Origin: a virus
Direction: 5' to 3' (one strand)
DNA: 64,000 nt
IMG/VR virus record: IMGVR_UViG_3300009370_000014
Span: 1-64,000 of that record
The notes under the pieces are model-generated. The model searched no databases and was not told the origin of the DNA. It saw only the letters and a list, made by a program, of their open reading frames with translations. Positions within the stretch are counted from its first letter, which is position 1; every line of letters begins with the position of its first letter. The translations under genes and the position numbers were made by a program. Below are positions 57,312-64,000 of this stretch, in pieces.

Positions 57312-59998
57312 CTGTAACCTTTCTCGAGATCTACTTTTAAGTTAACCCCACTTAAAAATGAATAAGATAACTTAGGTTTTTCTATACATATCTCTCTATA
57401 AATTTTACATGCCGCTTCTATGGACTCAGGGGTATCATCTACCTCACTAATAATACTATCATGTACTGTTCCAATAACTTCTCCTCCTATTTTAGGCATT
57501 GCTTCAGCTAAATCTATAACTGCATTAAGAGTAATATCTGATGCCCCTGATTGAATTGGATGGTTTTGAGCTTTTCGTTTGCACGAATTATCAACCCATC
57601 CTCGGACATCAATAACTGGAAATCGCCTTCGCCTACCAAAGGGCGAAACACTAAAGTGCTCATCCTTAACCTGTTGATGTTTGGCCGAGATATACTTCTT
57701 AATACCTGGAAATTCTCTAAAGAAAGCATCAATGAGCGCTTGAGCCTCTTGCTCTTTGATTCCCTGCTTTTTAGCCATTCCCCACGCAGACGAACCATAG
57801 ATAATACCAAAGCCTACTGCTTTTGCTCTACTTCTAAGCTTCTCGTATTTCTTATCTAAGTGTTCCTTTACTTTACTCTTCTTAAACATAACATCGTACT
57901 CAATATTAAAAACTTTAGAAGCAATATAACAATGTAAATCTAATCCTTTATTTACAGCTAACTTCAGAGTATCGTCACCATAACTTGCAGATAATCCAGC
58001 AAGAACAGCAAATTCCATCTGACTATAATCTGCATAAAGTAAAATTTTACCTGGAGGAGCTATAAAAAGTTTCTTGATACTAATGATCTCTCCATCAGGC
58101 AATTCAATCTCTTTAGGCATTTGTTGAATATTAGGACCTCTACAAGATAGCCTTCCAGTTTTTGTAACTCCTAGAAAATAAGTAGGATGTACTCGATCAG
58201 TTTTAGGTGAGATAAATTCTTCTATCTTGTTAAGAAAACTACCGTCTAACTTTTTTAACTTTTTATAGCCAAGTATTCCAGTGATAATAGGACTAGGGTA
58301 TTTCCTGTTGTAAGCCTCTAAGACATCTTTAGAAGTTTTAGCCTGCCCTTTATCTGTTAGAAACTTTTTATCAGTAGGCTTAGGAATTCCTAAATAGCTA
58401 TGAAGTAACCATATAATATCAGCTGTTTTTGTAAGAGTAACTTCTTTCCCGCAAGTATCTCTAATAAATCGTACAGTTTCTTTCATTTTATTTGGAACTT
58501 CTTTTTTTAGTTTAGCTAGGTAAACTCTATCAATAAACATTCCTGTCTTCTTTATCTTGGAGATAGTGTAAGTAGCTTTTGGCATAAATTCTGCACATAA
58601 ACTGTACAGTTGTTTATCGTAAGTACGGGAAGAATCTGCCATTCTTATTCTGAGCTCCTGAGTAGTTGCATTATCTGGCAAACCGTAGATTCTACGCATT
58701 TGTTTGTTATTAAGCTGAAACGTAACATCCGTATCGCCTGCTGCGTATCTAAGAAGAAGAGGTACTGGAATTTCTAAAATTTCACCAGCCTTAATCTTCT
58801 TGATCACATCTCCATCTTCTTCATATCCTCCGTACTCAGGAAGATAATCCCAAGCAAGTTTCTTTAACGTATACTCTCCTGCAAGCATACGTTCATCTCC
58901 TCCACCTCTATTCTCGTCTAACAGATATTCATTTAACATAGTATCAAAGATAAGATTCTCTACCTTTATTCCCCACTGTTCCCAAATATACTCAATATCA
59001 AACTGCCCATTATGAGCTTCCTTAAGCGTGGAAGAAGTGAGAAATCTTTTAATAACACCTAAAGACTTTTTAGGTAAATTCCTAGTATTAATAGCGCAGG
59101 ATTTACCAGGTGCCCATGCAAAAGATATTGCAATTACTTCCGCGTTAACAGCCCTAGAGTCTAATCCAGTAGTCTCAATATCAAAAGCAACTACCATGTT
59201 AGGTTGATCTGTAAGAGGACCTAACGTATTAAATATTTCTTCATATGTAGAAGGGTAAGTATAATCCTTCGAAATATCCATAATGTCCGGAGGAGTAAAA
59301 CCGTATTTAAATACCTTTATAGCCTTTCCTAAATCGATTAAGACTGTAGACCACAGGTTAGGAAATTTATTTACATCCCCTACAGAGTGAGTAGGTATGA
59401 AGAATACATCTCTATCTCCTACGTTATGCTTATAAATCTTTCCCCGGACTTTATCGATTGACGTAATTTTCTGTAAAGCCTGTACCGGGGATCCTTTGCA
59501 TGCCGCTCGTCCCATAAGGACCACGACTTTGCATCTAGAGAGAAATATCTTGCGGCGAAGAATATTTCCACACTGTCGGATAACTTTAATTGGATAATCA
59601 CTGGTCTTCTTTTTCTTATCAAAACACATTACACCTGTAGTTAATCCAAATTTAATTAGATTACCTTGGTGAATGTAGTTTCTTTTTATAAACTTCTTAA
59701 CCCCATACCACCGCTTACCTTTAAACTCCCAACCAGTATCTGGATTTGCAGAACTTTTAGGAGGATATGGAATATCTTCTTCTGCAGGTTTATCTCCTAC
59801 AATAAGGATATCCACACCTGTCTTAAGTATCGGTTGCTCTCTTGTTCTAGGGTTGCAATAATATGGGCAACCGGAACACTCGGTAAACTTTGGTTGTACT
59901 TTTCCCCTAGTGAGCGTAAAGTAATCCATCTCATCGATAAGATCATTCAGACACTCTTGAGGTGGTTGCGGGTGGTTCCGCGTTGGTATTGCTGTCAT
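57287..59998 (-). CDS. polA: family A DNA polymerase with an N-terminal uracil-DNA glycosylase (family 4)-like domain
   Basis: Exo FDIETTG, HNGQFD, YAAGD; pol TGRLSC..PNIQQ, DYSQME, RSRAKAVGFGIIYG, TVHDS; N-terminal CSGC, VGDKP, VVVLMGRAA, PTHS. Confidence 0.95.
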   Translation of the reverse strand: MTAIPTRNHPQPPQECLNDLIDEMDYFTLTRGKVQPKFTECSGCPYYCNPRTREQPILKTGVDILIVGDKPAEEDIPYPPKSSANPDTGWEFKGKRWYGVKKFIKRNYIHQGNLIKFGLTTGVMCFDKKKKTSDYPIKVIRQCGNILRRKIFLSRCKVVVLMGRAACKGSPVQALQKITSIDKVRGKIYKHNVGDRDVFFIPTHSVGDVNKFPNLWSTVLIDLGKAIKVFKYGFTPPDIMDISKDYTYPSTYEEIFNTLGPLTDQPNMVVAFDIETTGLDSRAVNAEVIAISFAWAPGKSCAINTRNLPKKSLGVIKRFLTSSTLKEAHNGQFDIEYIWEQWGIKVENLIFDTMLNEYLLDENRGGGDERMLAGEYTLKKLAWDYLPEYGGYEEDGDVIKKIKAGEILEIPVPLLLRYAAGDTDVTFQLNNKQMRRIYGLPDNATTQELRIRMADSSRTYDKQLYSLCAEFMPKATYTISKIKKTGMFIDRVYLAKLKKEVPNKMKETVRFIRDTCGKEVTLTKTADIIWLLHSYLGIPKPTDKKFLTDKGQAKTSKDVLEAYNRKYPSPIITGILGYKKLKKLDGSFLNKIEEFISPKTDRVHPTYFLGVTKTGRLSCRGPNIQQMPKEIELPDGEIISIKKLFIAPPGKILLYADYSQMEFAVLAGLSASYGDDTLKLAVNKGLDLHCYIASKVFNIEYDVMFKKSKVKEHLDKKYEKLRSRAKAVGFGIIYGSSAWGMAKKQGIKEQEAQALIDAFFREFPGIKKYISAKHQQVKDEHFSVSPFGRRRRFPVIDVRGWVDNSCKRKAQNHPIQSGASDITLNAVIDLAEAMPKIGGEVIGTVHDSIISEVDDTPESIEAACKIYREICIEKPKLSYSFLSGVNLKVDLEKGYSWGELEEI

Positions 59999-62900
59999 CT
60001 GTGCCTATAAACAATTCTTTATCAAATTCGTATCCCCTATTAGATACTCTTTTACATAACCCTTTATGAGTTAAATCCTTTAGCATCTGAGGCAATAGTG
60101 TTCTATTGCGACCAAAGGTACCATGCTTTTTCATACCGATAATAAGCTTCTGTATATCTAAAACTACTTTATCTTTATCTGTAATATATCCTACTTCAAT
60201 AGATCCTTCCTGGTATCCATGTATTGAGAAGAACTTAGTTTGAATAAGAGCTGAGATTTCACCAATAATAGAGGTCTCAGTAGACTGTTCTTTAATATTA
60301 CATAAATTTCTAGATAATACTTCTAAACCTACTACTTTAGCTTCATCCATTAATTCCACTACTCTAGACTTAGGTAATTTAGCATCTGACTCCAGATAAC
60401 ATAAAAAAGTATTCAATCCAGTTAACATCTTGGTTATCTGGTGGTAAGATCTTTCTAACTTGTGATCCGGCATTTCTAAATCATATAAGTCTACGTGTCT
60501 TGAATCATATGTATATTGTAACCACCTGATAAATCCAGGAGTCACATGTCTTAGATATTCCACGTTATCTTTCAACTCTTCAATAATACTTAAATCAACG
60601 TCTTGCTTCTTGAATTCAATCTGGACCATCCTAGATAAGATAGATAGTTGATTAGTAGGAATCATTTCACCTGTAACAATTAAGGCCTCATTAGATACTG
60701 AACGGCCTTTTCGGAAAGAAAGATCCTTGTTAAGACGGGATCTCCCTTGTCTGTCGTACAGGCTCTGGATAATGAGCATGATTTTTTCCGCACTGTCTCT
60801 TTCCGGTTTAACGTCATCCAGTAAGAGTGGAGCATTATTAACATAAGATATAGCCATTTCTACGGACATAGGAGTGTCATTAGCATGAGGCCATTTTATC
60901 TCAAAAGGATCTGAGTAAAATAGGCCCATTGTTACCTGGGCAAAAGTCGATTTAAAAGACCCAGCAAGTCCTCTAAAAAAGAGAGCATGCGGAGGAGGTA
61001 GCTTTCTAAAATACGGCGTAAGCAATGAACTAAAGGCATGACCTAAAGTCAGTAAACTATTTCTTCTATTTAGGGAATTTAGATACTTCTCTATTATTAA
61101 ATCTCTACTAGTTTCTAAGTCATAATATTTCAAATCCTTTAAAGTGAAGTCTACAGCATTAAAGAAGTTACCTATTGTATGATCTGCCTTAGTTACATTA
61201 AAATCAGTGTTTACTCTGAATTCTCCGTTTTCAACTATAGTAGAAGGAGTGACATAAGACCTTGTTCCGGGAATATATCCAACACGATCTATTCCTTTGA
61301 ATACCGGTGTCTCTGCATTTGTCCTAGAAATAAGCTCGGGTAAAACTCCTTTAATCTCAGTAAGTCCTTGGACACCAATAGGAAATCTAGTAGTGACAAA
61401 CTTAACAAAGTCCTCTGGAGTGATAAGCTTAGAACTTGGGAGACTAAAGGGATCTCCTGTTTTCTTTCCATTTAATAACACATGTCCTTCTATTTCAAAC
61501 TCATCCTTATCTGGAAACTTGACGATCTTATCGTACCGCACAACGAAGTTAGTGATTGGTCGATAATGACCATTTCCATCTTGGTCAGGTACCCACACCA
61601 TATACCCTGAGTTATCAATTGAAAACGCCCCTGCCCTGCCAATTCTAACAGATTTCTGACGCTTAGTTTTTCGTTCAAGTGCGGCTCTAAGTCTCTGATA
61701 GCCTAGTTGAGGATCTGAAATTCTTTGTTGAAGCTCACTAGCATATTCATCTCTCATTAGATCTGATAAACCATAATCATTTGCAAGATCAACCACTAAG
61801 TTAATCCCTTTGATTCTAAGATTAGCTGGATCCGTTTCATTTAGATTAGAGTAAGCTATGTGTCCTTCTTCTGCTAAATAAGAAGATATGGATTTCCTAT
61901 CGTTTACTAGGCAATCACGTATGTCATCTGCCTTTAAATCTTTAAATAAATCCGCAGGATCAGTTCCAGGATTAGAAGCATATTGACTAGGAGTAATAAC
62001 ATCTACAGTCATATGATTATTAATAGAGGATTTAGCGCACTTCTCTACAAATGTTTTTCCTCCTGCGTCATTATCTGGAAGTATAGTTATATGACTAATA
62101 CCATGTTGTCTTATGCTATCAAAGGTTTTAGGATTGGTAGCAGCAGAGCCCGATCTGCAGACCATAGAGAAGACATTACCATATCGTGAGAGAGCTTTGT
62201 ACTGTGGTATGAGAACATCGAACTCTCCTTCAAGGAGGATAAGATCGTTGTCGGCAGCCCCATCGCTTGAAAAAGCTGTAAGTCCAAAAAATCCAATGTC
62301 TGATGCAGTTCCTTGAGGCCCACACCAAACTCTAGTTTTAGTGTCAATATCATAGAATTTAATTCCTGAGATCTCTCCAAAAGTTCTTTCGTAAATAAAG
62401 CAGAAAGACTTTTCTACTTTGAGCTTCCCAGCCTTATCTAGTAAATGAAGAGATTTTAAATCTCTTTTAGTAAATTTATATGCTTCCAACATTTTAGAAT
62501 CAAAATAACCTATATGAAAGCGATCAATCAATACAGTTACGTCTTGAATACCTCTAGTATATAAGTAATTTCGTATAGAGTGAGCTTCCTCAGAATCCGA
62601 TTGTAGACGGTCTTTAATAAACTTTATAAATTTGGTATAGAGCTTCTCTCTAGAGATCATCTTCTCTATAGAAGAAATTAATCCCTTTTTTTCGTCTATA
62701 TTTTTAAAATTAAGTTTACTTACTAACTCTTTTTCAACGATAAAATTAACAGCATTCTCTACATTAATAGATACTTTAGAAGCCAGTAGAAAATCAATAG
62801 CTGTCCCTTTACCACACCCAGCCCAACAAACCCAACGATCTATTCCGTCTACTGTTCTCATCCCAAAGGAAGGATTATTATCACTATGAAGTGGACATTT

Positions 62901-63005
62901 ACTTTTCCCTCTTTTATTAATGAAGACCCCTGGATGGGTAACTGAAACAAGATCAACCATATTGATCTGTTTTAGTATGTCTTTTGGATTAAATTTAGGT
63001 CTCAA
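59943..63005 (-). CDS. DNA primase-helicase fusion (CHC2 zinc finger, TOPRIM, P-loop domain)
   Basis: CPLHSDNNPSF...CWAGC, LLEGEFD, PDNDAGG, DPAD, GLAGSFKST, LLLDD. Confidence 0.88.
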   Translation of the reverse strand: MRPKFNPKDILKQINMVDLVSVTHPGVFINKRGKSKCPLHSDNNPSFGMRTVDGIDRWVCWAGCGKGTAIDFLLASKVSINVENAVNFIVEKELVSKLNFKNIDEKKGLISSIEKMISREKLYTKFIKFIKDRLQSDSEEAHSIRNYLYTRGIQDVTVLIDRFHIGYFDSKMLEAYKFTKRDLKSLHLLDKAGKLKVEKSFCFIYERTFGEISGIKFYDIDTKTRVWCGPQGTASDIGFFGLTAFSSDGAADNDLILLEGEFDVLIPQYKALSRYGNVFSMVCRSGSAATNPKTFDSIRQHGISHITILPDNDAGGKTFVEKCAKSSINNHMTVDVITPSQYASNPGTDPADLFKDLKADDIRDCLVNDRKSISSYLAEEGHIAYSNLNETDPANLRIKGINLVVDLANDYGLSDLMRDEYASELQQRISDPQLGYQRLRAALERKTKRQKSVRIGRAGAFSIDNSGYMVWVPDQDGNGHYRPITNFVVRYDKIVKFPDKDEFEIEGHVLLNGKKTGDPFSLPSSKLITPEDFVKFVTTRFPIGVQGLTEIKGVLPELISRTNAETPVFKGIDRVGYIPGTRSYVTPSTIVENGEFRVNTDFNVTKADHTIGNFFNAVDFTLKDLKYYDLETSRDLIIEKYLNSLNRRNSLLTLGHAFSSLLTPYFRKLPPPHALFFRGLAGSFKSTFAQVTMGLFYSDPFEIKWPHANDTPMSVEMAISYVNNAPLLLDDVKPERDSAEKIMLIIQSLYDRQGRSRLNKDLSFRKGRSVSNEALIVTGEMIPTNQLSILSRMVQIEFKKQDVDLSIIEELKDNVEYLRHVTPGFIRWLQYTYDSRHVDLYDLEMPDHKLERSYHQITKMLTGLNTFLCYLESDAKLPKSRVVELMDEAKVVGLEVLSRNLCNIKEQSTETSIIGEISALIQTKFFSIHGYQEGSIEVGYITDKDKVVLDIQKLIIGMKKHGTFGRNRTLLPQMLKDLTHKGLCKRVSNRGYEFDKELFIGTDDSNTNAEPPATTSRVSE

Positions 63006-63054
63006 GATGCAACACCTTTCGGGAACCTAGGAAAACCCAGGTCCCCTTTTGGCT

Positions 63055-63825
63055 TTATACGATATTAGAAGGAGGAGCTTTTTCCACTGACTCAGTCTTA
63101 TGATGTCGAGTGGTAAATCCACGGACAACTTCCAGATACTTTTTCTGGATAAATTTTAGTGCAGGGAATAATGCAGGATCTGTTAGGAAAGTTCCTTTTT
63201 TAATAGGAACATAAAAGCGTCTTTTATTCTTAGTTTCTTGTTTAGTAGCTAGAGTAAAAGTTGTCTCATAAACAGCTTTTGAGTTTCGTTTAGTAAGCTT
63301 GGCAATATCTTTACCTAATCTTGCTCCTGATCTAGAAAACTTTAGCACAAAAGGAGTACTCTTAAAATCTGAAGGAACAAACAATACATTTAAAGCTTTA
63401 GTGCAAGCAGGAGGTTTTTTACCTTCCCATTTACTGAACTGACAATTTTCACATTTCTTTGAAAATTTTGTAGGATCAATAGGAGTAATCCCATCTGGTG
63501 ACTTACAAACAGGACTAGAAGTGTCCTGTACAAAATAAGCTCTATCTCCCCACATAACTAAGGGAATTAAATCTATCTCATTACCTAAAGCTAGATCTTC
63601 TAAGAAGAAGTCTCCATACTTGATATCTTTAAAGGGCCCTTCTCCAACATCAATACTTGTAGTTGAGCTCTGTAAAATACTACAATACTGTAACTCTATA
63701 CCGAACTCATCATCTAAAAGATCACCTTCTTTTTTTCCGCCTGCTGAGAAAAAGGATTCTACCCTGGCTAGTAATTCAGTATCTTCGATTTCAAGTTTTG
63801 CAATTTCAAACGTCTTTTCTGACAT
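63055..63825 (-). CDS. putative single-stranded DNA-binding protein
   Basis: Position in the replication block; ILQSST, PVCKSPDG, CENCQFSKW...PPAC pattern. Confidence 0.55.
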   Translation of the reverse strand: MSEKTFEIAKLEIEDTELLARVESFFSAGGKKEGDLLDDEFGIELQYCSILQSSTTSIDVGEGPFKDIKYGDFFLEDLALGNEIDLIPLVMWGDRAYFVQDTSSPVCKSPDGITPIDPTKFSKKCENCQFSKWEGKKPPACTKALNVLFVPSDFKSTPFVLKFSRSGARLGKDIAKLTKRNSKAVYETTFTLATKQETKNKRRFYVPIKKGTFLTDPALFPALKFIQKKYLEVVRGFTTRHHKTESVEKAPPSNIV

Positions 63826-64000
63826 TAAGTTTCTCCATTAGTTTAATAGCATCTATATGCTTCTTATTTTGGTTTATAGAATAAAGAATATCTCCACTAC
63901 AACACCTATTAGGAATTTCAGAATAGGTGAGAGGGCGAGTATCTCCTTCCTTGAAGAAGAGCTCCTTTTGATAAGGAAAGTTAACTTCTTCGAATTTAGG

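Noticed and set aside
1-64000. Stop-codon reassignment
   Set aside because: Long core genes are intact in the standard code, TAA, TAG and TGA all end genes, and no suppressor tRNA was seen.

Overview
A 64-kb segment of a large (probably jumbo) tailed dsDNA bacteriophage genome. It is AT-rich, uses the standard genetic code and is almost entirely minus-strand. Core genes are a portal (789-2561), a plus-strand terminase large subunit (52776-54437), a replication block (SSB-like protein, primase-helicase, PolA with an N-terminal UDG-like domain, DinG-like helicase) and nucleotide metabolism genes (class II RNR, dUTPase, ThyX-like, HD hydrolase). The RNA content is rich: a tmRNA, five conventional tRNAs (tRNA-Leu(UAA) is split by a group I intron carrying an antisense HNH gene), Thg1, a Sm/Hfq-like protein, and a Ro60/TROVE gene followed by four repeated Y-RNA-like hairpins interleaved with aberrant tRNA-like modules. 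A retron-type reverse transcriptase lies head-to-head with the terminase and has no adjacent msr-msd. Two non-coding loci (17.6-18.2 kb and 31.9-32.3 kb) carry repeated units of 'unique hairpin + ACAAT + 17-nt hairpin + TACR', which may be its RNA templates. That link is inference only. A ~150-bp inverted-repeat element at 12.2-12.8 kb and a conserved phage promoter motif are also visible. All calls come from reading motifs by eye; no searches or folding programs were run.
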